Assembly: GCA_045543555.1 (NCBI GenBank)
Contig: JAZQMQ010000023.1
Coordinates: 5,446 to 69,445 of the forward strand
Origin: Eubacteriales bacterium
Lineage (GTDB): Bacteria > Bacillota > Clostridia > Oscillospirales > CAG-272
Length of the DNA stretch: 64,000 nucleotides
Direction: 5' to 3'
A program made the position numbers and the translations under genes. Shown in pieces: positions 1-9,413 of the stretch (the first letter of the stretch is position 1; the number at the start of each line of letters is the position of its first letter). The notes below the pieces were generated by a model. The model was not told the DNA's origin, did no database searches, and worked only from the letters and a program-made list of their open reading frames with translations.

Positions 1-512
1 ATCTCTTTGCCGATGATCTCCATTTTCTCGGTAACACCGATGAGGAGCGCCGACAGGATCTCTGCTTGCACGGCAAGGTAACTATGCGTGTTAACGGGCA
101 TTTGCTTGCGGACGAGATCGAATGTTGTGTCACCGCCTCCGCTCTTCGCTTCTTGCGTTCATTATCATCAGATCACAAAACGGGTGAAGAGGAATTCTTG
201 TTTCCCTGCTGCGGCAATATGCTGATTCCATCAGAGGACGGCAAGACCGTCACCGTTATCGGCTGTCCAAACGGAGAAGATCTTGAAATCTTGACCCACC
301 GACAAGGCAACCAAACAAGAATCAAAAGCGAAAGCGTCTTCCAATTCGTAACGTTTGACGAGTACCGTGCGGCGGTCTTGGTGTATGCGAGACAAATCCT
401 TCGTTTTATTCAAAACAGTCCCGCAAGACTGTTTGAGGACGATTATGAAAAGAAGGGATACGAAGCGTTTTTAACCGAATTCAACGACCTTATGGAGAAA
501 TATGCTTTATGA
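1..512 (+). CDS. Hypothetical protein, 5'-truncated by the window edge
   Basis: The frame is open from position 3 (LFADDLHFLG...DLCLHGKV) to TGA 510-512, so the ORF-track TTG at 66 is probably not the true start. Cys-rich FPCCG motif; no family recognised. Confidence 0.65.
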   Translation, partial: LFADDLHFLGNTDEERRQDLCLHGKVTMRVNGHLLADEIECCVTASALRFLRSLSSDHKTGEEEFLFPCCGNMLIPSEDGKTVTVIGCPNGEDLEILTHRQGNQTRIKSESVFQFVTFDEYRAAVLVYARQILRFIQNSPARLFEDDYEKKGYEAFLTEFNDLMEKYAL

Positions 513-901
513 AACGGTTCTACGTTGAAGAGATGGACGTATACCGAATAATCCGTGATTTCTACGACGACGGCAAAACCTTTAACGGCGGCGAAACGAC
601 GACCCGTATGCTTTTTCTCGGACACGCAGATAAGGACTTACGCTGTATTCGTTTTCGTCATTGCTGGGATCATACGCCCTATTATGCGCAGGTTAATTTA
701 GCAAAGTACGACAGCATAACAGAGCAAACAGATGATTACGACGTCGTAACTTTCTCTAAGAAAGAGATCGAGCGCGCCTTAATGCAAGCAACTGATACCG
801 AATATTACGTAAGGCACGGGCACCCAATGAAAGTCGAACTGATAGGCAATGGAGAAACCAACGTTAACGCGTGGTTATACTATCCTTCAGAGAAAGGATA
901 G
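509..901 (+). CDS. Hypothetical protein (130 aa)
   Basis: ATGA overlap with the upstream stop and a GGAG upstream; no recognisable motif. Confidence 0.6.
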   Translation: MKRFYVEEMDVYRIIRDFYDDGKTFNGGETTTRMLFLGHADKDLRCIRFRHCWDHTPYYAQVNLAKYDSITEQTDDYDVVTFSKKEIERALMQATDTEYYVRHGHPMKVELIGNGETNVNAWLYYPSEKG

Positions 902-1207
902 TATTGGGGTTTAAACACAAGAATAAACATACTCCAAAACAAACATTGCAATTACAAATTCGTTTTTCTTTGTCTACTGCGGCACAATGGCTGACACTTA
1001 TGACTCCGGTATAAGACACGAGAATTATGACCACATGTTTGACCACAACCACGTTCGGAACACACGGAAACAAGCGTGTACGAGAGTGCGGAAGATCATT
1101 TTTATCGTAGCGGAAAGGTCTGAAAAAAGAAAAATGACCGGAAAAATGTAAATATATTTTCGGATTACGACTCAATAATTATTCCCGAACACAACAAATA
1201 AAGGAAT

Positions 1208-1239
1208 GAACAGACCGCCCCTTGTGGGGCGGTCTGTTC
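1208..1239. terminator. Perfect GC-rich inverted repeat, probable intrinsic terminator
   Basis: GAACAGACCGCCCC-ttgt-GGGGCGGTCTGTTC. Confidence 0.55.
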
Positions 1240-1356
1240 CTACTCATTTGCTTTTTTTGAATTATACCACAAGATCTGCTGTTTTGCAACATTTCCTCAA
1301 ACATTCCCCATTCCACTTTCACAAACTTGGCTTCCCGCTTTACAATTAACTGCATA

Positions 1357-1385
1357 TTGAAAAATCTCCGAATACGTGATATAAT
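1357..1385 (+). promoter_or_regulatory. sigma-A promoter for the GTPase-NYN gene
   Basis: TTGAAA-17 nt-TATAAT with extended TG at 1377-1378. Confidence 0.65.
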
Positions 1386-1417
1386 AAGCAAGAATTCAGT
1401 TGAAAGGAGGATTCGCC

Positions 1418-4000
1418 GTGAAAAAGAAAATCACCATTGGCATTTTAGCGCACGTTGATGCGGGAAAAACCACGCTCAGCGAGGCTTTGCTTTACGCATC
1501 GGGTAAGATTCGCACCTTGGGGCGAGTTGATCACAAAAATACATTCCTCGACACCAATATAATTGAGCGCGAGCGCGGAATTACAATTTTTTCAAAGCAA
1601 GCGAGATTTTCAAGTGAAAATTGCAGCTTTATTCTCCTTGACACTCCCGGACACGTTGATTTTTCGGCAGAAACGGAACGAACTCTTGCGCTCCTTGATT
1701 ACGCTATACTTGTTATAAGTGCATCGGACGGTGTGCAAAATCACACACGAACACTTTGGCAGCTGCTTGAGCATTACGGCGTACCTACCTTTATCTTTGT
1801 TAACAAATGCGATCTCGCGGTAAAAATGAAGGAAGATATAGAAAAAGATCTTTCGAATATTCTGTCGAGCTTATGCGTTGGTTTTCTTGAGGCGCAGAAC
1901 CGCGAAGAGCTTGAAGAAAAGCTGGCATTCGTACACGAGGACTTTATGGACAGCTTCCTTGCTGGAGAGGGCATAGATGACAGCGACATTGCTTATCTTA
2001 TCAGCAACCGTCAGCTTTTTCCTTGTCTTTTCGGCTCGGCTTTGCATATGCAGGGCATAGATTACCTGCTTGATACGTTGGACAGATATACCCTGTCCCC
2101 CATCTATGAAAAAGACGTATTTGGAGCGAAGGTCTACAAAATTGCGCATATCGGAACGACTCGATTGACGTATATGAAGATAACGAGCGGGGCGCTATCG
2201 GTACGCGATGAGATAAAATACCTTTCCGAAGACGGCGCACGCATTTGCGAGAAAGCAAGTCAAATACGGCTTTATTCGGGCGACAAATTTGAGCAGACAG
2301 AAGTAGCTTCGGCAGGTGAGATCTGTGCGGTGATCGGACTATCCTCGTCCTACGTCGGTCAGGGCTTAGGACTCGAGCAGAATACCGCCAAGCCGCTTCT
2401 CGAGCCGGTTTTGTCCTACGCCATACAGCTTCCGCCCGATTGCGACACTAGGATATATTTCCCCAAGCTCAAGGAGCTCGAGGAGGAAGAACCGTCCTTG
2501 CATCTCATGTGGAACGAGGAGCTTTCGCAAATTGAAGCCAGACTTATGGGCGAGGTACAGATCGAGCTTTTGCAACGGCTTATCAGTGACCGTTTTTCCA
2601 TTGAATGCACTCTCGGTGCAGGCAAAATACTGTACAAGGAAAAGGCCTCGCAAAAAGCCATCGGCGTAGGTCATTTCGAGCCGCTTCGCCACTATGCCGA
2701 AGTGCAGCTGCTTATTGAACCTCAACCCAAGGGCACGGGACTCATATTCGACACAAATCTGCCCGAAAACCTCCTGGGCCTCAATTGGCAAAGGCTTATA
2801 TTGACCCATCTATATGAAAAAGACCATCGCGGAATTCTTACGGGATCCCTGCTTACAGACACGAAAATCACCCTCGTGGCAGGCAAGGCGCACCTTAAGC
2901 ACACAGAGGGCGGAGATTTCCGCGAAGCGACCTACAGAGCGGTAAGACACGGACTTATGAAATCGGGCTGTACCCTGCTCGAGCCGTACTACAAATTCCG
3001 CCTTGAAATACCGACATCCTGCGTAGGCAGGGCTATGTCCGACCTTCAGGCTCGTTTTGCGGATTTCACCCTTGAGGATTCGGACACGGAGCGCACCTTG
3101 ATATGCGGACGGGCGCCGGTATCCACCCTTTTCGATTATTCGAAAGACGTAATTGCATACACCAGAGGACAAGGCAGACTCTTTTGTGTTTCGGACGGAT
3201 ACGAGCCGTGCCACGATCCTGATAATATAGTCTCACAAACAGGATACGATCCCGAGGCTGACCTTGAAAATCCTCCTCATTCCGTATTTTGTGCTCACGG
3301 TGCGGGATTTACAGTACATTGGAGCGAGGTTGACAGCTATAAGCATCTTGAGGTTGACCTTGAGGATTCGTCGACGGGAGCGATAATACCTAAAGCATCG
3401 ACCTTGGCGCGTAAATACAGCATAAGCGATGAGGAGCTTGAGGCAATAATGCTCCGATTATACGGCCCGATAAAGCGAATGCAATACAACGAGCCGAAAA
3501 CGATGTCCTGGGGCAAAAAAGAAAAACCACACAAGCCCAAATCTCTGCGCTCACAGAGAAATTTGGTGATAATTGACGGCTACAATCTTATATATTCCGA
3601 TGAAAAACTGAAAAGCACTTCCCTGTTCAGTCTTGAAAAGGCGCGCGACGAGCTTATGGACTTGCTCAGCAGCTATGTTTCCTACACGAAAACAGAGCTT
3701 ATTCTGGTCTTTGATGCGCATCTTGTGAAAGACGGCGCGGGATCGGAGTTTGTCCGTGACGGCTTCAAGGTCGTATTCACAAAAACCGATCAGACAGCAG
3801 ACACATATATCGAAAAAATGATGCACGATCTTGGCCCCGATTACAGCATAAGAATGGTGACCAACGACCGACTTCTGCAGTTTTCCGCGGTTCATTCGGG
3901 TATTTCCCGTATGACCACCAAGGAATTTCTCGAAGATCTGACGCGCGTCGGTAACGAAATTACCGAATTCATAAAAAAGCTTTCGGAAAGCAAAATTTGA
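1418..4000 (+). CDS. TetM/EF-G-like translational GTPase fused to a C-terminal NYN_YacP (Rae1-like) RNase domain
   Basis: G motifs AHVDAGKTT, RGITI, DTPGH and NKCD; EF-G-like domains III-V (LLEPY). C-terminal IIDGYN...LVFDA...TADTYIE...VTND. GTG 1418 follows AAGGAGG. Confidence 0.88.
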   Translation: MKKKITIGILAHVDAGKTTLSEALLYASGKIRTLGRVDHKNTFLDTNIIERERGITIFSKQARFSSENCSFILLDTPGHVDFSAETERTLALLDYAILVISASDGVQNHTRTLWQLLEHYGVPTFIFVNKCDLAVKMKEDIEKDLSNILSSLCVGFLEAQNREELEEKLAFVHEDFMDSFLAGEGIDDSDIAYLISNRQLFPCLFGSALHMQGIDYLLDTLDRYTLSPIYEKDVFGAKVYKIAHIGTTRLTYMKITSGALSVRDEIKYLSEDGARICEKASQIRLYSGDKFEQTEVASAGEICAVIGLSSSYVGQGLGLEQNTAKPLLEPVLSYAIQLPPDCDTRIYFPKLKELEEEEPSLHLMWNEELSQIEARLMGEVQIELLQRLISDRFSIECTLGAGKILYKEKASQKAIGVGHFEPLRHYAEVQLLIEPQPKGTGLIFDTNLPENLLGLNWQRLILTHLYEKDHRGILTGSLLTDTKITLVAGKAHLKHTEGGDFREATYRAVRHGLMKSGCTLLEPYYKFRLEIPTSCVGRAMSDLQARFADFTLEDSDTERTLICGRAPVSTLFDYSKDVIAYTRGQGRLFCVSDGYEPCHDPDNIVSQTGYDPEADLENPPHSVFCAHGAGFTVHWSEVDSYKHLEVDLEDSSTGAIIPKASTLARKYSISDEELEAIMLRLYGPIKRMQYNEPKTMSWGKKEKPHKPKSLRSQRNLVIIDGYNLIYSDEKLKSTSLFSLEKARDELMDLLSSYVSYTKTELILVFDAHLVKDGAGSEFVRDGFKVVFTKTDQTADTYIEKMMHDLGPDYSIRMVTNDRLLQFSAVHSGISRMTTKEFLEDLTRVGNEITEFIKKLSESKI

Positions 4001-4016
4001 GCGGTCAAACGAAAAT

Positions 4017-4060
4017 AAAGAAGCGATAAGCATTTCTGCTTACCGCTTCTTTGCATTTTT
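4017..4060. terminator. Bidirectional intrinsic terminator
   Basis: AAAGAAGCGATAAGCA-tttc-TGCTTACCGCTTCTTT followed by a T-run, between convergent ORFs. Confidence 0.6.
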
Positions 4061-4090
4061 TATAACACATGAGTTTTATTGGTCGGTCAA

Positions 4091-4479
4091 TTATTTTTTA
4101 TCCTTCTTCTTTGCGAAAATGATGAATAACACAATTCCGCCGACTACTACGACCGCAATTACGATCCACAGCCAAGCAAGGTCTGTTCCCTTGCCGTTTT
4201 TCGACTCGGTATCGCCGTCATCGGTCGTGATCTCGGGATCAGTTGTTCCGGAATTATCGGTCGTATCGGCAGATATATACGTGCCACAGGTATCGCACTT
4301 GCAGTCGTTGTCGAAATCATTTTGCTCTGTGACAGTTCTTACAGCGCCGCATACGGTACACTCATACCAATGCTTATTGTCGTCTGACTTATATGAGCTT
4401 TCGTAAGGATGTGTTACCTCTCTTAGGCAATCAGCAAGCCCACGGATGCCGCAAGACATATTGAATAATCTATTTCCAT
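4091..4479 (-). pseudogene. Probable remnant of a membrane-anchored surface protein (HxxxCxxCG/CxxC repeat, T/D-rich stalk, C-terminal TM helix, KKK tail)
   Basis: The RBS (GGAGGTG)-led ATG at 4479 gives only 18 aa. The anchor-encoding ORF 4091-4459 is in another frame and lacks a signal peptide. Confidence 0.45.
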
Positions 4480-4706
4480 AGGTTCACCTCCCCTTAAAAT
4501 TCACAAGCGTAAACCTTTGCCGCGTTATTGTTACATATAATCAAAAATAAATCAAGGCGTTTCCTTATATTCGTAGTTTCCCCGATCTTGCCAAGGACTA
4601 TACGGTTACGAGTGCGTGTGAGCCTCCTCAAAAACCGCATTCAGCATTTAAATTGACCGTCGTCAGCATCATTTAAACATTAAATCACAAATGTCCCTAT
4701 TAACAC

Positions 4707-4735
4707 TTGATTCGTCCGTGTGAATATGATATAAT
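4707..4735 (+). promoter_or_regulatory. sigma-A promoter of the salvage operon
   Basis: TTGATT-17 nt-TATAAT with extended TG. Confidence 0.65.
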
Positions 4736-4770
4736 GAAGTATAATGGTTCTTACGTATGGGGGATTGGCA

Positions 4771-5352
4771 GTGGCAAAGTTATATTTCAAATACGGCGCA
4801 ATGGGGTCGTGTAAAACTGCTCAGGCGCTAACGACAAAATTCAATTACGAGGAACGCGGCATGAACGTTTGGCTTATTAAGCCATCTACAGACGACAGAG
4901 ACGGTAGCGATATAGTTAAATCCCGTATCGGACTCACCGCTCCTTGCAGCAGCATTCCGCAGACAATGGATATTTATCGGGAATTTATGGACAAGCATGG
5001 TGATGTCGACGTCATCATAGCCGATGAGTGTCAGTTCTTCACCGAACAACAGATCGATCAGCTTCGTCTCATAGTTAATGAATGCGATGTTCCCGTGCTT
5101 TGCTTTGGCCTGCGCACCGATTTCTTGTGTCATCTGTTCACGGGCAGCAAACGCTTATTTGAGGTAGCGGATTCCATAACCGAAATAAAAACGATCTGCT
5201 CCTGCGGAGCAAAAGCAACCGTAAATGCAAGATTTGATGCCAATATGCAGGTCGTCACCGAGGGTGCACAGATCATGATTGGCGGTAATGAGAGCTATAT
5301 AGCCATGTGCCACCGTTGCTGGTGCGAAAAAATCAAACACAAAAGTGTATAA
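4771..5352 (+). CDS. tdk: Thymidine kinase
   Basis: YGAMGSCKT P-loop, IADECQF, FGLRTDF, zinc cysteines CSC...CHRC. GTG 4771 is the likely start. Confidence 0.93.
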   Translation: MAKLYFKYGAMGSCKTAQALTTKFNYEERGMNVWLIKPSTDDRDGSDIVKSRIGLTAPCSSIPQTMDIYREFMDKHGDVDVIIADECQFFTEQQIDQLRLIVNECDVPVLCFGLRTDFLCHLFTGSKRLFEVADSITEIKTICSCGAKATVNARFDANMQVVTEGAQIMIGGNESYIAMCHRCWCEKIKHKSV

Positions 5353-5364
5353 AAGGAGATAATT

Positions 5365-6033
5365 ATGACTATCAAAGAGATTCTCGAAAAGTGTGATCAT
5401 ACTCTGTTAGCGCAGGGCGCTGCTTGGACCGATATCAAGGCTATCTGTGATGACGGAATTCGATACAACACAGCTTCCGTATGCATTCCCGCATCACACG
5501 TAAAGCAGGCTAAGGAATATGTAGGCGACAAGCTCGCTATCTGTACAGTTATCGGCTTCCCAAACGGCTATTCCACTACCGCTGTAAAGATTTTTGAATG
5601 TAAGGACGCTTTGGCAAACGGAGCTGATGAGATCGATACCGTTATTAACATAGGTCATCTTAAGGCAGGAATGTACGATGAGATACTTTTCGAGCTAAGT
5701 GAGCTAAAAAAAGCCTGTGGTGACAAAATACTCAAGGTTATAATCGAGACCTGCCTTCTCACAGAAGCAGAAAAGATCAAGATGTGTGAGCTTGTCACCA
5801 AATCCGGAGCTGATTTCATCAAAACCTCCACGGGATTTTCCACCGGCGGAGCTACACTTGAGGACGTAGCACTCTTAGCCAAGCACATTGGCGAGGGAGT
5901 ACAGATCAAAGCCGCAGGCGGCATTTCTTCCCTTGCAGACGCCGAAGCATTTATCAATCTTGGCGCAACGCGTCTCGGAACCAGCAGAATAGTAAAGATT
6001 GCAAAAAACGAAGAAAACAATTCTGCTTACTAA
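5365..6033 (+). CDS. deoC: Deoxyribose-phosphate aldolase
   Basis: [37 protein letters not shown]. Confidence 0.95.
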   Translation: MTIKEILEKCDHTLLAQGAAWTDIKAICDDGIRYNTASVCIPASHVKQAKEYVGDKLAICTVIGFPNGYSTTAVKIFECKDALANGADEIDTVINIGHLKAGMYDEILFELSELKKACGDKILKVIIETCLLTEAEKIKMCELVTKSGADFIKTSTGFSTGGATLEDVALLAKHIGEGVQIKAAGGISSLADAEAFINLGATRLGTSRIVKIAKNEENNSAY

Positions 6034-6043
6034 GGAGGACACT

Positions 6044-6766
6044 ATGACTGATCAACACACCCCACATATCAAAGCAACCTCATCGGATTTTGCCAAAACC
6101 GTGCTTATGCCCGGTGATCCGCTTCGTTCCAAATTTGTTGCGGAAAATTTTCTTTGCGACCCCAAGCTGATCAATAACGTACGCGGTATCCAAGGCTACA
6201 CCGGTACGTATAACGGTGTGCCTGTTACAGTTATGGCAAGTGGAATGGGTATGCCGTCGATTGGAATTTATTCCTATGAGCTTTTCAACTTCTTTGGCGT
6301 TGAAAACATCATCCGTATCGGTTCTGCAGGCGGACTTGCAGACAGCGTTCAGCTCCGCGACATAATAATCGGTATGGGCGCATGCACCAACTCCGCATAT
6401 CAGGATCAGTATAATCTGAACGGTAATTTTGCTCCAATTGCCAGCTTCGAGCTCCTTTCCCACGCGGTAGATGAGGCAAAAGCAATAGGCGTACGTTATC
6501 AGGTAGGAAACCTTTTATCCTCCGACGTATTCTATCACGCTGACCCTAACTTTAATCAGGGTTGGTATAAGATGGGAGTCCTCGGAGTTGAAATGGAGGC
6601 TGCAGCGTTGTATATGAACGCAGCCGCGGCAGGTAAACGAGCGCTTGCGATCTGTACTGTATCCGATCACATTCTGCGCGGTGAAGCACTTGATGCGGAC
6701 GCACGTCAGAACACGTTTACAGACATGATGACCATTGCCTTAAACGTGGCAGTTAAAATGTCCTGA
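6044..6766 (+). CDS. deoD: Purine-nucleoside phosphorylase (DeoD type)
   Basis: TPHI, MPGDPLR, GMGMPS, IRIGSAG, VEMEAA, TVSDH. ATG 6044 follows AAGGAGG. Confidence 0.95.
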   Translation: MTDQHTPHIKATSSDFAKTVLMPGDPLRSKFVAENFLCDPKLINNVRGIQGYTGTYNGVPVTVMASGMGMPSIGIYSYELFNFFGVENIIRIGSAGGLADSVQLRDIIIGMGACTNSAYQDQYNLNGNFAPIASFELLSHAVDEAKAIGVRYQVGNLLSSDVFYHADPNFNQGWYKMGVLGVEMEAAALYMNAAAAGKRALAICTVSDHILRGEALDADARQNTFTDMMTIALNVAVKMS

Positions 6767-6857
6767 TCGTTTTGCGCGTCTTAATTACGCTTGTTTTTTG
6801 ACATTGATCTGACGTATCGATCTGTATCCAATTATCACAATTAAGGAGGTTCGTCAT

Positions 6858-7499
6858 ATGAGCAAATGCTTATTCATAGGTATCGCGGGTGGCTCGGGTA
6901 GCGGAAAAACAACACTTGCAAAGCACTTGGCTGACCATTTCGGAAGCCGTCTTTCTCTTCTGCGCCATGATGATTATTATAAAGAACAGAGCAACCTGCC
7001 CATTGAGAAACGTGCCGCACTTAATTTTGATCATCCCGATGCTTTTGATACCGATCTTCTGATATGGCATCTTGATGAATTACGACAGGGGAACAGCATC
7101 ACCTGTCCGGTTTACGATTACACAAAGCACGACCGCAGCTCCACAGTTCGCACGGTCAACCCCACGGACGTCATTCTCCTTGAGGGCATTCTGATTTTTG
7201 AGAATCCCGAGATCTTGCGCCGTCTGGACATTAAAATTTTTGTTGATACCGATGCCGACGTGCGCATTTTGCGCAGGATCAGACGCGACGTTTTAGAGCG
7301 AGGACGCGATCTTGAATCCGTCATATCTAAATATCTTGCCACGGTAAAGCCCATGCACGAAGCCTTTGTTGAGCCAAGCAAGAGAAGTGCAGATATCATT
7401 GTGCCGGAGGGCGGTATGAACCGCGTGGCACTTGAAATGATCATAGATCGGATCGTTTCACACCTAAATCGGAAAGGAAGCAATACCACTTATGTTTGA
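6858..7499 (+). CDS. udk: Uridine kinase
   Basis: GIAGGSGSGKTT, NFDHPDAFD, RRIRRD, EPSKR. Confidence 0.93.
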   Translation: MSKCLFIGIAGGSGSGKTTLAKHLADHFGSRLSLLRHDDYYKEQSNLPIEKRAALNFDHPDAFDTDLLIWHLDELRQGNSITCPVYDYTKHDRSSTVRTVNPTDVILLEGILIFENPEILRRLDIKIFVDTDADVRILRRIRRDVLERGRDLESVISKYLATVKPMHEAFVEPSKRSADIIVPEGGMNRVALEMIIDRIVSHLNRKGSNTTYV

Positions 7500-8433
7500 A
7501 GCAATATATGAGCTGATCCGTCAGTATCCGCGTATCATCATACACAGACACAAAAATCCCGACGGAGATGCTCTTGGCGCTCAGTTGGGGCTGAAACAGA
7601 TTTTGTGCGAGAATTATCCCGATAAAGAGATATTTGCCGTTGGCGATATGACGTCACGCTATGCATTTATGGCAAATGAGCCGATGAATGATGTTGCAGA
7701 CAGTGCTTATCAAGGCGCACTTGCTATTTTGCTTGATAGCGCCACACCGCCTTTAATTAGTGATGACAGATATACCCTGGCATCCGCCACTGCGCGCATA
7801 GATCATCACGTTTTCTGCGAAAAATTCACCGATGCCGAAGTGATCGATACGTCCTTTGAAAGCTGTTGCGGAATGATTGCCGCAATGGCTATGGAGTGTG
7901 GCTTTAAGCTTTCTCCCAAATCTGCTAAATCGCTTTATACCGGTATGATAACCGATTCGGGCAGATTCCGCTATGACTCGACCACCTCCAAAACCTTCCG
8001 TTTGGCATCGTTTTTGATGGAACAGGGCTTTAATACCACAGATATTTACCAAAATCTCTACGCCGACGAGCTGTCTATGATGCAGCTTCGCGCAAAGTAC
8101 GTTTTAAAAATCCGGACAACTAAGCAAAGGGTTGCATATATCTATACACCGATCGAAGAAGCGAAGAGCTACGGGGTTGACGATTTTACACTATCACGTG
8201 GCATGGTGAACGTTATGTCGGATATACGCGGCATCGATACCTGGGTCAATTTTACGGAAAGCGAAAACGGTGTGCTTTGCGAAATAAGATCAAATCGGCA
8301 TAATATCAACCCAATTGCCACTAAATACGGAGGCGGAGGTCATCAAAAGGCAAGCGGAGCTACTTTAAAGAACAAGAATGAGGCGATGGCATTGCTTGAA
8401 GATCTAAAAGCTCTCTCGGAGGTAAATTCATGA
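7492..8433 (+). CDS. nrnA: DHH-DHHA1 phosphoesterase (NrnA-type nanoRNase/pAp phosphatase), paralog 1
   Basis: HxxPDGDA, IDHH, TDSGRF, GGGGH. Confidence 0.88.
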   Translation: MFEAIYELIRQYPRIIIHRHKNPDGDALGAQLGLKQILCENYPDKEIFAVGDMTSRYAFMANEPMNDVADSAYQGALAILLDSATPPLISDDRYTLASATARIDHHVFCEKFTDAEVIDTSFESCCGMIAAMAMECGFKLSPKSAKSLYTGMITDSGRFRYDSTTSKTFRLASFLMEQGFNTTDIYQNLYADELSMMQLRAKYVLKIRTTKQRVAYIYTPIEEAKSYGVDDFTLSRGMVNVMSDIRGIDTWVNFTESENGVLCEIRSNRHNINPIATKYGGGGHQKASGATLKNKNEAMALLEDLKALSEVNS

Positions 8434-9413
8434 ATATAACGAAGGCACGCGAGGTGCTCGAAAAAATAAAGGAATACGATCGAATAATCATTTTCCGTCA
8501 TTTCAGACCTGATGGAGACGCAGTGGGCTCCACAAAGGGCCTACAGAGAATATTACAGCTCAGCTTTCCCGAAAAAGAAGTGATACTGCAAAATTGCGAT
8601 TCCTCCGATTATCTCGCCTTTCTCGGCGATGAGGAGGAATTGTTGAGCGAGGAGCTTTATGCTGATGCTTTGGGTATTGTGATAGATACCGCAACCACAT
8701 CGCGTATTTCAAATCAGAAATATGCTCTTTGCAAGGAACTGATCAAGATAGATCATCATATAGAGACCGAAACATACGGAGATATTAGCTTGGTTGAGGA
8801 AGAGCGTTCCTCGTCATGCGAGCTGATTGCTGCGTTCTACAGCACTATGCAAGATGAATTGAAGATCGACACCGAGGCTGCAACTTATCTGTACGCAGGT
8901 ATGGTTACCGATTCGGGACGTTTTCGCTTCCGTTCGGTATCCGGAGACACAATGCGTCTTGCGGGAATGCTGCTTGACCTGGGTATCGATACAGACACTC
9001 TCTATGCGCATCTGTATATGAAGGAGTTTGATGAATTCAGGTTTCAAGGATACGTTCTGAATAATATAAAAATCACAGAAAACGGCGTTTCATATATTTA
9101 TATCGACAAAGCTACAATGGATGCATACGGTCTGTCCTATGAGCAGGCATCCGCGTGCGTTTCATATATGGATTCAATAAAAAACAGCCTTATCTGGATC
9201 GCTTTTATTGATACCGATAATGCTGATGATATTCGTGTTCGTCTTCGCTCCCGTTTTGTAACCGTCAACAAGCTCGCGGAAAAATACGAAGGCGGCGGCC
9301 ATGCCTGTGCAAGCGGCGCGACGGTACATAGCCTTGAGCAGATGCAGGAGCTTATAAATGAGGCGGATGTTCTTCTCGGAGATTATAAGGAAATAAACGA
9401 AGGATGGCTATAA
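8430..9413 (+). CDS. nrnA: DHH-DHHA1 phosphoesterase (NrnA-type), paralog 2
   Basis: HxRPDGDA, IDHH, TDSGRF, RxRLRSR, GGGH; ATGA-coupled to paralog 1. Confidence 0.88.
   Translation: MNITKAREVLEKIKEYDRIIIFRHFRPDGDAVGSTKGLQRILQLSFPEKEVILQNCDSSDYLAFLGDEEELLSEELYADALGIVIDTATTSRISNQKYALCKELIKIDHHIETETYGDISLVEEERSSSCELIAAFYSTMQDELKIDTEAATYLYAGMVTDSGRFRFRSVSGDTMRLAGMLLDLGIDTDTLYAHLYMKEFDEFRFQGYVLNNIKITENGVSYIYIDKATMDAYGLSYEQASACVSYMDSIKNSLIWIAFIDTDNADDIRVRLRSRFVTVNKLAEKYEGGGHACASGATVHSLEQMQELINEADVLLGDYKEINEGWL

Noticed and set aside
864-1391. Minus-strand ORFs of 103 and 70 aa
   Set aside because: No RBS or motifs; they overlap a hairpin and a promoter and are likely spurious.
1418-4000. Tetracycline-resistance ribosomal protection gene
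   Set aside because: Lacks the YSPVST domain IV loop, carries an NYN fusion and has no transposon context.
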